Shown piece after piece: positions 14,043 through 26,189 of a stretch of DNA of 64,000 nt. Position 1 is the stretch's first letter. Each line of letters opens with the position of its first letter. The notes under the pieces are model-generated. The model saw only the letters and a program-made list of their open reading frames with translations, ran no database searches and was not told where the DNA came from. The stretch spans positions 20,773,280-20,837,279 of the forward strand of contig MU054187.1 of the NCBI GenBank assembly GCA_013239625.1. Reading direction: 5' to 3'. The stretch is from Lama guanicoe (taxonomy: Eukaryota). The position numbers and the translations under genes were made by a program.

Positions 14043-14852
14043 AAAAATCAAAACCACAATAAGATATCACTTTGCACCTGTTAGAATGGCTATCATCAAA
14101 AAGACAACAAATAACAATTGTTTGTGAGGATGTGGAGAAAAGGCGCATTATGCACTGTTGGTGGGAATGTAAATTGGTAGAGCCATTACATCAAACAGTA
14201 TGGAGTTTCCTCAAAACATTAAAAATAGAACTATCGTACAACCCAGCAATTCAACTCCTGGGTATTTATCTGAAGAGAATGAAAACACTAATTCAAAAAG
14301 GATATATGTACCCTAGTGTTCATTGAAGCATTATTTGCAATAGCCAAAGTTGTGAGCAACACAAGTGTCCATCAACAGATGAATGGACAAAGAAGATGTG
14401 GTATAAATACAATGGAATATTACTCTATAAGAATGAATGAAGTATTGACATTTGCAACAATATGGATGGAACTGGAGGGTATTAGTGAAATAAGTCAGAC
14501 AAAGACAAATACTGGATGTTTTCACTTGTATGTGGAAACTAAGCTGCAAAAAAAAAAAAAGAACAAATATAACAAAACAGAAACAGACTCACACATATAG
14601 AGAATGAATAGTTGTTGACAGGGGAGGGAGGGTTTGTTTGAAACAGGTAAAGGGGATTAAGAGCTGTAAACTGCAAATTATAAAATAAATAAGTCACAGG
14701 AAGTAATGTAAACACAAGGAATATAGTTCATAATATTATAATAAGTTTGTACGGTACATAATCTCAAAAAATATCGAATCACTATGTATACACCTGAAAA
14801 TAATATAATATTGTTAAGTCAATTATATTTCAATTTTTTTAAAATGAAAAAG
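14043..14852 (+). mobile_element. 5'-truncated L1 (ORF2 C-terminus plus 3'UTR)
   Basis: ORFs 14072-14600 give L1 ORF2 C-terminal remnants (EDVEK..HCWWECKLV.PL..TVW.FLK.LKIEL.Y.PAI.LLGIY), frameshifted. 3'UTR and A-rich end follow. Confidence 0.93.
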
Positions 14853-15133
14853 AAATCCAATTCGGTAATACACAGTGAGAAATATAAACAGAAGGAAACC
14901 TGAGAAAATTTTATTAAATGACCCAACATTTGAGAAAACAAATGAAGAGAAAATATTTTTCTGAGACATATTTAATCAGAATATAAAGTTGATTTGTCTT
15001 CTGTAATATTTTCAACAGTCAAAGGTAGTCCAGGTGGGCATCTCTTAGACTAAAGGGACAGTGACTTTATTAAGTTTAGAAAGAGAATGTGGGTGGTATC
15101 GTCACTAAAATGCTTTAACACTTGATTTTCTAG

Positions 15134-15245
15134 TTGTTTGTTTTTTAAGTTATTTTACTGTTTTTTAATGAAGGTACCAGGGATTGAACCCAGGACCTTG
15201 TGCATGCTAAGCTTACACTCTACCACTTGAGCTATATCTTCCCCC
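15134..15245 (-). mobile_element. tRNA-Ala-derived camelid SINE (Vic-1-like)
   Basis: Reverse strand 'GGGGGAAGATATAGCTCAAGTGGTAGAGTGTAAGCTTAGCATGCACAAGGTCCTGGGTTCAATCCC' with Pol III A and B boxes and an A-rich tail. Degenerate TSD 15117-15133 vs 15246-15262 (14/17). Confidence 0.9.
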
Positions 15246-17097
15246 AACTCTTGTTTTTCCAGATGCTACAAGGCCACTAAATTTTTGTGTTTGTTTTCAT
15301 TACCACCTTAATTATCTTCATTTCTGTGACAGCCTACTCCATCCATGGCATGTAAAATTCCATGATCTTCCCTCCCTGTCCATGGCATTTCCCTCTCTGT
15401 GTCATTTTTTCTAGATCCTTCACATAGTCTGAAGAGACTGTCTATTGCTGGTCATTTACCTTTGTGCACTGACTTAAAGACAGCATAAAGGGAAGTATTT
15501 TCTATTGTTTAAAATTGTCTTCCTTGCATCTAGCATGTGTGCAAGGAAAGTACATCTTATATTAAAGCAAGAAAAGTTCAAAGTGTTGGAGCAGAAACTT
15601 ACTGTAACTTAGAGACTGTAGGGAAAAAATTTAAACCAGGTAAATTCTATCCTGTTCCTGGTTTTTATTTCAGAGGGGAAAAAAATAAATGGCCCATAGT
15701 ATATCCAGATCTCCATTAGAAATAGGCTTCAAAGGAGGTTCTATGTGCATGGAATCTCTATTAGATTTGTAAAACTACCCCCTGAAATAAGTATGCCATG
15801 TGAGAAGCCTCGGGCTCATTTCAAACCCTTCATTCCACATTCCAAAGGCATCTAAATAAAACATTAAAAATTGTTATAAATTGTTTAGTGTATGAGCTAG
15901 ATAGAAGATGCAGTCTCAGTTATCTATGAAATTTACACATTAATAATAAAGTTTGTAGACCATTTCATTAAATACATTGCAACTCACATCAGCAAACTGT
16001 ATTAAATGTGTTTATAAATCAGATAAAATGCTAAGCCCTTGAATACACTTATATGATAAACACATTATTAATAGGAAATGGAACTGAGTAGCTACATAAA
16101 TTAATCACGGATAGCTTCCTGCAGGGGCTGAGGCTCATATCTAGACTAATGAGATTTGTCAAAGAATTACTCTGGTTAGATTGCTAGAGTAAATAATAAT
16201 GAAATGGATTTCATGATTTCAGCACTAATCTGTGTTTCCCTATTATTCTCATCCTCATGCAATAAATAGCCCGCTTCGATAACAAGTTTAAGTAAAGACC
16301 AAAAAATGTATGTATCCAGAATGCCGTCTATATACTGTCAAATGGCTTAGAGAGATTTACATAAGATTGACTTCACAGATCTTATTTTTGGAATTCTATG
16401 GATATAATGTGGGAGACCAAACATTTAACATTTCCATTTGCATAGGAATTCAGACCAGATCTCCCACCTTCCTCATAATTCAATAAAGACTACAGGAGGT
16501 TTAAATTAGAAAGCCTGCAATGTGATTCCTGAATGCTTAAATACAGCTATTTCTATAGTAGACATGTTTTCATAGGCCAACAGAAGCTAATATTGGATAA
16601 AATATTTGCTGTTAAAACAATGAAAGACAGAAAAACAAATATCCTCAACAATTCTAGACATGGCTAACTATCCATAAATTTTAAAATACAGCTTAATCTG
16701 AGAAAAGGATCCCAAAAAGTTCTGAATACATAATTTGTTTGCTCAGCTATGGTACAAAAGCCAGAGACACATTCCCTTGTATTTAGAATAACATTGGTAT
16801 TCCCACCGCTACACAGGGAGTTATCTCTTGTAATTAGCCAGCCATTAAAGCACTCAGAGCATTAATCTATTAATCAGCAATCCTGCAAATTTCTAGTCTC
16901 ACAGCCTCCGCCTAGTATAAATCTGGGTAATGAGTTACTGCCACAACCCTGTTTCTCCTTTTATAAATTGGAAGTAGCCTATTTCCATATCTCTTCATCA
17001 AAAGCACATTTATAGTAAAAGATTTCATAATACCCTGTGTTGGTACAACTACTGACCCTCTGTCATAGGTTATTTTACTTGATTCAGCTTGTTAGGA

Positions 17098-17232
17098 AGG
17101 GTGACCGTACATCTCGGTTTGTACATCAGAACAGACCTGATTATACATGCTAACTTGATATAATTATTAATAGTGTCCCATTTCATTTTAAAAACTGTCC
17201 TGATTTGGAAGATAAGCTGTATAGTCTTTCTA
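17098..17232. mobile_element. MER94-like hAT-Blackjack MITE
   Basis: 'agggtgaccgtacatctcggtttg...taattattaatagtgtcccatttca..aaaactgtcctgatttgga'. Confidence 0.8.
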
Positions 17233-18332
17233 CTGTAAGATGGAAAAGATAGAGATTTTTCCTCTTAATTTACAGGGATGAAATATTAGACTCAAAGTTG
17301 TTAATTATCTTTAGCAACACTTTGACCCAGTCAGTGCTCTTTCGACCATAACTGTCTGCTTATGGTTGCATAAATCTCTTAGTTGGGGATATTGGGTATA
17401 ATAATACACCTGGTATTAACTGTGAAGTAATTAAAAAAACTCTCTAGCTCTGCTCCAGATTCAGTAAGTTGAATATGGACTATAAAGACCATGTCTGACA
17501 TTTCTGACAGCAGCACGGGCTTACTCAGCTTCCAGTATTGTGAAGCAAAATCTTGGTGAAAGATACATCTTGGCAGAAAGGATGGTTGTGCTTGTCTTTC
17601 AGGAGAGTCAAAAGTTTATGTTTTACTTGAATTAAAAATCGCTACCTACATGATTTTTCTTGTAAAATGGGAGTCTACCAATGAAAAAATAAACTATTCA
17701 TCCTTAACATTGTAGCATGAATTCGTCATGGCGATGTGTAATATAAAATTACACAATCAAAAAATATCTGTGACACAAGGGACATAGAATTCTTAGAATT
17801 CATCTCCTCAAGCCCCTAATTTTGCAAACAAGGATACTGTGGCCAAAAGTGACTAATATCTACACGCACAGCGGTACTATGATGCTGCGTATTTTAAAAC
17901 ATGATATCACAAAGAGATAGGTTTCCACATTTGACAACCATTTTCTCCCAAAACCAGTCCTACAAGAGGCTTTGTGTAGAAAAGCAGGCCAAGAGCTCAG
18001 TAAAATTTTGCAGTTAAGAATTCAATTTTTCTACATGTCACTGAGCGTTTCCAGGAATTATTTGTCAATGTATTCTTACTTTGTTCTACTCATTTATTAA
18101 AATCTGTTAGGAAATGCTGATCCACAGAAATACTTATCTTTCCAATATGAAGACATTTTCTTTATTCAATAATCTTATGTAATTTTAGTGTAGGTTGATC
18201 AAGAAATAAACAATGGCCAAAACATTATTAAGAATTTGGTTATAGTAGTATCTTTGTTTATAGTAAAATAATTATTAGTATTTACATAAAGTTGTATTTA
18301 AATTACAGATGTTACTTGAGATGATAGATACA

Positions 18333-18387
18333 ATGGATAGGTGGATGAATGGATGAATGGATGGATGGATGGATGGACAGACAGACA
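18333..18387. repeat. (GGAT)n/(GACA)n tetranucleotide repeat
   Basis: Direct reading. Confidence 0.9.
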
Positions 18388-19574
18388 TCCTCATTCCCTT
18401 AGTTGACATATTGTACAAGGAAATAAATATAGAACAATCATCAAACTGAACATTCATATACAGGGCACTAGTTGGAATAAAACAAATAAATAGGGAATAG
18501 AAAACTAAACCCTAAAGAGAGAGGAGCAATAAAATATGAACTATACGCTTCTTATTTAATTTAGCTTGGCTCACCGGGGTGCTGCAGGAAAGAATCAGGA
18601 TTAATTATTCTTTATGATTCTTTCTGAGTATTTGTCTAGAAAAAAAATTCAAAATTCTGCATGCCTCACTTGTACGATTTTATGTTCCAATGCTGATTCA
18701 TTCCAAGACCTAAAAAAATCCAGAATTGCTTTAGTGCACCTTGCCCAGCTCTATTTCTTCCAGATGCTCCTGTTTACTTTAAAGGTTTGTGCTTTCCTCC
18801 TTTTGTATTGTGGTTAATTTTGAGACACTTTCTTCTGTGGAAAATTCAAGGAACAGCTTCTTCAAATTTTCAGAAAATAAAAACACTAGTGCTTTGTCTG
18901 TCAAGAATTTAAGTGAGGGTACGTTTAATTATTTCTTTCTCCAAAGATCAAACATTAATTCTTGTCAAGAAATCACATCTTTTTTCAAAATGTATTTCCC
19001 TTTTTTCAAAATGACATCATTTTTTTCCTACAGCATCCTCTCAAGGGCTGTGTACAAGTATTGCTTTTTATTCCACCTAAACATGCACGTCCTAAAACAA
19101 ATCCAATAACCAAGCATAACTTTTATTTCTAAACATGCTTAAACATACTTAAAAAGTATTTCTCTTCTTCACAAGGTGCTATGTATACTCAAATTTTTCT
19201 CAAGATAAAGGGAAATGATATTAAATTATCAAAGTTCTTCTTATAAAATATGAATAATAAAAGAGTAAGACATCAAATAATTAAATTGTCTTCTTTTTTT
19301 GATTTTCTTTCTTTTTTTCTGTCCATTCATCAGCAAAGGAGAAGGGCGTCTTCACTCCACTCCCACCCTGGTTTAGGGACTTTCAGGTTTGTCCCAAGCT
19401 ATCGGCTCCTTATTCTGAAATAGTAGTTTGGACTGGGGATATTAGCAACATGCTGTGCTTCTAAACCAAAACCTTTGCTTGAAGAGCTTAGTTTCCTAGG
19501 AGTGAAATGAGTTTTTTAAAAGGAAAAGTGATGAAAACTGATGCTGTTAGGAAACAGTCACAGAATACCAAGGA

Positions 19575-19785
19575 AATGGGTAGCTTATGCTTAATGAGCA
19601 TTTACCATAGGCAGAGAATACTCTAAGGGATTTCAACACATTATCTCATTTAATCATCAAAATAACCCTGTGCTATTTTACCCAGTCTACCAATGAGGAA
19701 ACTGAAATATAAATAGTTTAGGGCACTTGAAAGCACTTATCAAAGCTACAATTTGATGCAGGCAGTCTGATTCTAAAACCCAACT
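19575..19785 (-). mobile_element. MIR
   Basis: 'gagcatttaccataggca...attatctcatttaatc..aataaccctg...atgaggaaactga...aggcagtctgattc'. Confidence 0.8.
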
Positions 19786-20289
19786 AAATTACTATAATCG
19801 AGACAAGGATTGTAAGAGTGTAGTGAGTTCTATGAATGGTAGAGAATATATAACATGCATGGCTACTTGAGTTCTGAACATTAAATATTATGGTCTTGGA
19901 AGCCAGAGGAAAGGCCCCACTGGGTGAGCTCTGCATTGAGAGAACACCTACTTGAGAGGCAGAGTGAAATCCACCACTTTCCAATCGGCCTACCATTGCT
20001 TGCTTGGTCATTCATTATCAGAGACAGAGATCCACAGAGTTGGCCATTCTATAGACCCCTAGTTGCCAATGTAAGTACCTAAGATTCTGTTACCAAAACT
20101 AGTTCCTCTTTTGACAAAATGAAAAAGAAATCTGCATTAGTTGACTTCATGGCTGTCATGACAAGACACAAACCAATGTTCAGTCTATGTTTAGAGGGAA
20201 AATATTCTATTCTAACTTCAGCCTTGAAACTAAAACTTTCATCTTTCATCAGACTAAATTGAGAAAGGAATTAAGTTCAAGTGCAAACA

Positions 20290-20490
20290 ATGTGCAAAAC
20301 ACACCACTGGGTGTTTTATATTCCATTATTTCACTTAAGTCTTTAAAATGATGCAGTTATCTTAAGTTTAAGATGAGAAAACTGGGACTTAGAAAAATTG
20401 GGTAACATACCAGAGACCACGTAACTAACTAAGCCACAGTGTTGGCATTTGAAAGCAACTATATGGATTAAATCGTCTTTCCACTCTACC
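20290..20490 (-). mobile_element. MIR
   Basis: 'agatgagaaaactgggacttagaaaaattgggtaacatacc.gagaccac'. Confidence 0.7.
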
Positions 20491-20679
20491 GATATGCTTC
20501 CATAAATCCAATATCTAAACTCCGGGAAATAAGCAATAGAAAATGAAGACAAAATCATCTCTAAAAACAGAATTCCCCTTGTGTTTCTCCAGGTTTCTTC
20601 AGACTGAAGATTTAAACACAAGGTCATGATAATTAGAACACGCTTTTTTTTTTTTTCAGTACTACTCTTTTGAGCCCAT

Positions 20680-21055
20680 GCTCTTGAAAAGCTGTCTCCA
20701 TAGTATTTGTGTTCATTTCTTCATGTTTCATTCACTCCACAACCAATACTGCTGTGGCATTTGGCCCCCTTACTCTAAGTCTCAGATCTACATGTCCAGT
20801 GCCTTTTGGATATCATTTATTGGATAACCTTACAGGTAATACAAACTCAGCAGGCCCATATCTGAACTAATGTTTTGCTCTCCCTACCCCCAAATCAGCT
20901 GTCTTTCTGTGACCTTTACCAAGGAATGTACCTCACTGCACAATTTATCTCATTGGACAAGGGAAAAAATAAATAATTCTTGCTAATTACTTCTTTCTTA
21001 TCCCTAATACCCAGCCTATCACCACATCTTTCTGACTTGACTTTCTAAATACATA
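20680..21055 (+). mobile_element. L2 fragment
   Basis: 'tccagtgccttttggatatc...aaactcagcaggccca..tctgaact', 'ccagcctatcaccacatcttt'. Confidence 0.65.
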
Positions 21056-22562
21056 GACACATACACAACTGAACTCTGTGGGAAGATGTGCACTGACAAT
21101 GCACTGCTTTTACTCAATATCTCTCAGACATCTTTATGTGAAAATATCTTTAAATTTTACTTGTAGGGTCTTGATGGATGGACATATGTCATTTTGCTTC
21201 TATGTCTCTGCTTCTGCCTCTCAAACCTTAAAAAAAGAGGCTCTCATGAAAATCAACCCGATAAAAATACCTTGTTCAAAACAGATGTTCTGTATTTTTT
21301 TTTTAAATTTGTGTTTTGGATCATACTAGGTAACTTTAAACATAGGTATAAAAGATACTTCCCCAATATATCAGTTTAGGGTAGGATACTCAGGGTGTTG
21401 ATTAACAGACAAAAGGAATTCTGTACCCTGCCCTCCCATATTCTTTTTCTTTGGTTCAAAAAAATAGAGAAAATTCTTGAGATACAGGAAAATTCTATGA
21501 TTGACCTACTTTTTGCATGACTGCATTAACATTGTCTAAAAAACTGCCCTGGCCCATCTCAAAGCGTCCATGCATTCTGCTGCTGATAGGGACACAAGCT
21601 TGTTAGTCCCGGCCGCCTGCCCTCCTGCCCTGAGCCCCTTGTCATACTTGGCCTGCAACAGGCTGAGAGCCACAAGAATTGGCTGTGTCAATGTGACTTG
21701 AAATATCACTGTGGCCCTCAAACTCCTGCTTCTCACAAACTGAGGATAGATCTTTCCTGGATGCCCAGGCCTCTTTACTTGAAGAAGTCAACCTCTGTGC
21801 TGGACCAAAGACGCAGATCGAGTTAATCACAGAAGCATCTCAGCCCCATCCCACCTCCTCTGGTTTCTCATTTCACCAGGTCAAAAAAAACCCTCTCTTG
21901 ACAAGTTGAAACAATGATAAGGCACAGTGTGCTAACACTTTGCTGCATCCTCTTTTTATCTCTCTTCCCCATCATCTCCAAAATAACTGGTTCTTACTGG
22001 GCAGTCTTCCAGCCCTCACAAAATCCATCTTTTTACACACTTTACCAAAGTTCTAAAAGCCAATTTGAAACTGTGCTGAATTTTCTGTGGCAGATTTTGC
22101 TACATAAAAGTAGGAATACATAAAGTTTTTTAAATCAATTATATAATTATATCTGAGGATGTAATTTCCCTATTTGGTCCAAAAAAATCTTGTATTGTTT
22201 CCCTTCACAGAAAAGTATATTCCAAACTCCTGAGTGTGACATCTTAAAACTTGCTAAATCTGATCTCAGCCAAGGTGAGGACACGAAGTTGTCACATGCT
22301 GAAGTGGAGTGAGGTTATTTGGTGATTTAAAGGTGTAAAGAGGGTAGCGGGAAGGAGATGTTGTCATTAGAATGGACCAACAGAAGCAATACCTTGAAAA
22401 GCAGCTCATGGTAAAGTGATGATTTCTTATAAATGGGGAGGAGCAAAGAGCTCTTCCAGTTTCCCAAGGAATCAGGTCCTGTCTCCTTGACAATGGGAGT
22501 TTTCCTGTTTGAGGATAAAAAATTGCAACTTATCAATTCATATCAAGATTTTCATCATCTTT

Positions 22563-22699
22563 GGGGAAAAGGGTGTAGCTCAGTGGTAGAGCATGTGCTT
22601 AGCATACACAAAGTCCTGGACTCAATCCCTGGCACCTCCATTAAAATAAATAAACCTAATTCCCCCCTCCAAAAAATAAATAAATAAAAATAATTTTTA
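22563..22699 (+). mobile_element. tRNA-Ala-derived camelid SINE (Vic-1-like)
   Basis: 'GGGGAAAAGGGTGTAGCTCAGTGGTAGAGCATGTGCTTAGCATACACAAAGTCCTGGACTCAATCCCTGGCACCTCCA' plus tail. TSD aagatttt(c)atcatcttt at 22545-22562 and 22700-22716. Confidence 0.92.
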
Positions 22700-25279
22700 A
22701 AGATTTTATCATCTTTTAATTATTGAATAATTTAATACCAATGTTAACAAAGTTGCTCTCTGCACCTACTAAAATCCAGTGTAAGTAAATTTGTGTTTTC
22801 TTACACAATATGTGAGTGACGGTATTTGGCAGAGTAACTAAGTTTTCCAGAGAAGCTGACCTAATGCCAGAGAGAAGCAAACCTGTACTCCTGGGATGTC
22901 TTAGAGACATAAGCCTCCAACGTGTGAAGTGTATTTCCTTCATCTTAAACAGCAAGGCATTTTTGGCCATGAAGCATCCATGTAAACTTTTGTAAATGAT
23001 TATTTCTGCAAATTCACTGACATGCAGGTCATTTTACCCTATAACTCCTTTCCTCCCTGGTACAACGTAAAAACATTTGTAAAAATCATTTTTGTTGCTG
23101 TTTTTCTTCTTCTTGGTGGAATCTTGCTTGTCTCACAATTTACAAAGTTTACCATCAAATTCAGCTCTATTTGTTCCTGTGGACAGGTCAATTCAGGGGT
23201 CTGTGGTTGCCTGGGCCAAATGTACAGAAAATACCTACAAATCACCACTTTCTTCTAATTAGAAATACATTTGTGAGACCAAGTACCAAAGAAGTAATTT
23301 AATGTTTCTGACCTCATTCTCTTGCTGAATAACTGGAGGCACTTCTCAAAGATATTTGAACGTCTATTTAATCTTTACAACTAAATCAAATGACTGTCAT
23401 ATTTCAAATCTTTTCTTCTATTTACAAAAAGTAAAGAGTTCAGCAATCATCCAGAGCAAAGAAAATGTAGACAGCTCACCTAGGTAATGTGGGTGTTTCT
23501 GTAGACTGCCAAAAGTAACTGAGTTTCACGCTCAACCTGCAAGTCATTTTGACCACATGGGTCAGACTCTTGGCTCTATTACCTGAGTCCAGTGCATAAC
23601 AGGTACTTCGTTCTGGTTAAATGACTACACTTATAGCAGGTCCCAGTGCAGAGTTCACATTCACCTTCACTAAAGCAGCATATTTCACCATCAATGTTAA
23701 CAGTGCCATTCAGTATATCTATCAAGTGCACTCCAATATGTCCTGGCAGCAGTCCAGACCATTTGATTTGCAAAGATGTGATGGCCCACTTGAGGCTCAC
23801 CAAATCAGTCTATGCCATAATAATCACATCTAGCCTTGGCACTCAGTCCCAGATCATGCTCCCCAAATGAACAAATAAAATGGTTGGGGGGAAATGCTTC
23901 TTGGAAACAGCTTGAACTTAAATGGTGACAACAGCTGGCTCAGCAGATGCTCTTCACACGATATAAAACCCGAGTTCCCCAAGATAGAATTTTGACTAAA
24001 TCCACACCTCTAGATGTCCTAAGTACTTACTTAATAAAATTTTGAAAGCCCAAAGAGGTAACATTGAGTGAAACCAAGAGCGCTGATGACATTAAAAAGA
24101 TAATGTTCATTTCTACACTTTTAGTAGCCATATATTTCCAAATTTTACCACCTTTCTGTACAAAAACCTAGCAATCACATCCAGAAGGACAACTGGTTCT
24201 ATCCTACAGTCTTGCTAAATAGAAATGACTTATAGAAAATGAGTCTTATACAACTAAATGAACACATAATTTTAAAACATGATCATTTTAATATTTGCAT
24301 CTTCTCCGAGTAATTTTTTAAAAAATGCAATCCCTTTCTCTTCTGAAAGTAATTTTCACCCTAGAAAATCAGTTTACTCAGCCAGTATCGACTAAGCCTT
24401 AGAGTTGCTTGCAGAAATGTGTAAAAGTACAGGTAATATGTATGATGTTCATATAGAAATTTATCAGTTTATTCAGAGAAATTTAAGTTCTGGATTGAAA
24501 TATTTCAAAAATTATGGGACTAATGATGATGGTAACTTTGACAATCTTGGCTGACTGCAAAATCAGCTATATTTCTGAACCCAGTTATTAATTTAATGCC
24601 TCATCATAATAAAGAGAGTAAGGAAGGCATGGAGATCTTATCTGAACTTTCCACAACGTTGGTGAGTCACTATGTTGACCTAAATCTGGTAAAGTATAAC
24701 TAGGCGTGCAGTCTGTCTAAGCAAAAGAATGTTGGTACAAATCTCATCCTTACCTACATTAAAATAATTTTTTGGCACATTCAGGTCTCAATACGTTTCT
24801 TTTCAGATCATGGGGTCAGAATACGTTAATTCTCACACACACACACAATATACATGTTTGCTGTATTTTCCATAGTAAAACTGTGTTGTTTTCTATAGTT
24901 TTCTAACAGTGTCAGATTTGAGATTAGCAATCCCTAGATGATAGAATGCTTATTTTTTTTTAAACAAAAATGATGGATAAGTAACAATCCTCAACTAAGC
25001 AATTCTAAGTTAAAAGGTTTTCAGCAAATCTCAACAACAACAAAAGAGTTTGAAGTGAAACCATGGGAATTGGGAGGCCTCTGTCTAGGAGTAGTTTAAA
25101 GCTGTATATCTCAGTCCCAGTAGTCAAATAGGCAAATTAATGTGCTTAATTTACCTATAGCACAAAGAAGGGGGAATTAGCTATTATTGGTAATACATTC
25201 TTCTCTTCCAAAACTTGAAATGTCATGTTGCATATGGGATTAATCTCCCTCACTCAAGGCTCCAAAAGATCTAAAATAA

Positions 25280-25980
25280 TCAACATTAGTTACTGAACTC
25301 CTTCTATGTGTTTAAATTGTACTGTGCATTCAACATTCATTATTTCATTTACTTTTCATCATCATATAAGCAGGGTTTTATTGTTATTATCCACATTGGT
25401 AAGGATATTTCTTCAAGTTATACTACTCAACTCCAACTGGATTAGCCAACTTTAAAAAATAATATATCACATTTGAAGATTCCAGGAAAAGATCAGGCTT
25501 CAAGGCTGTTTGAATCAATACTTTATCAATATTCTAGATGGTACATGATTTTCTACTGTTTACTCTTAGTATAGATTTTATTCTAGGCTCTCCTCATGGT
25601 TGGTTGCACAGTGGTTGAAAAAGTGTTCATATGTCCCTTGGTCACTTTCAGCCAGAAAAAAACAAACAAACAAACAAAAAAACTGGCTTTTCTTTTCCTG
25701 AAGCCTTGAGCAGAAAGTTTGAGGAGCGCCTCATACCTTACTGGACTAAATTAGATGAAAACTTCTCCAAATCAAGAGGCATGTAACTATTCTGATTGGC
25801 TGAGAAAAAGCATAAGAGATGAAAAGATGCTGAGGAATACAAAGCAATGTTATGTGCATTTTCTTTTTGGAAACAAAGCAATTGAGAATGAGAAGCTAAA
25901 TAATTTTCCTAAGGTCCTGCAGGAACTGAATGATGACTTCTAAATGGAAACCAGAACTATGCCACGGTATTTATTCTACT
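25280..25980 (-). mobile_element. MIR apparently split by an old MLT1-like LTR (~25400-25830)
   Basis: MIR halves 'tactgaactccttctatgtg...attatccacatt' and 'gcaattgagaatgagaagctaaataattttcctaaggtc'. Between them MLT1-like 'tcaggcttcaaggc', 'tttcctgaagcc', 'tctgattggct'. Confidence 0.5.
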
Positions 25981-26189
25981 TAATTCTGCATTTTTCTTGA
26001 ATAGCTCATAGTGGTGACCAGATGTAGGGAGAAATGGGCATAAGAACACTAACCATTTCTTCCTGTCCTGTATAAATAATTTCACAAAATGCCTTCCACA
26101 CGTAGACTATCTGTAGCATATTAAGAAGTACACTTGATTTTTTAAAAGACCCATTTTAGTGACAGGAGCATATAAACTTCTTTCTCCTG

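Noticed and set aside
14072..14600. Functional L1 ORF2 (likewise 34199-35333 and 41166-41538)
   Set aside because: 5'-truncated and frameshifted, with stops; non-autonomous relics.
18049..18057. Isolated GAS motif TTCCAGGAA and scattered AP-1 TGAGTCA sites
   Set aside because: Expected by chance in 64 kb without supporting context.
22563..22640. tRNA-Ala gene (likewise 15170-15245 and 38785-38860)
   Set aside because: Mismatched stems, A-rich tails and TSDs show these are SINE copies, not tRNA genes.
23039..23258. ORFs on both strands, one with a hydrophobic stretch
   Set aside because: The hydrophobicity reflects T-rich composition; no homology recognised.
23579..23870. Three overlapping ORFs, one Cys-rich (CCFSEGECELCTGTCYKC), with a minus-strand CAG/GTAATA donor
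   Set aside because: No recognisable family, Cys spacing does not match EGF or zinc-finger patterns I know, and there is no good acceptor.
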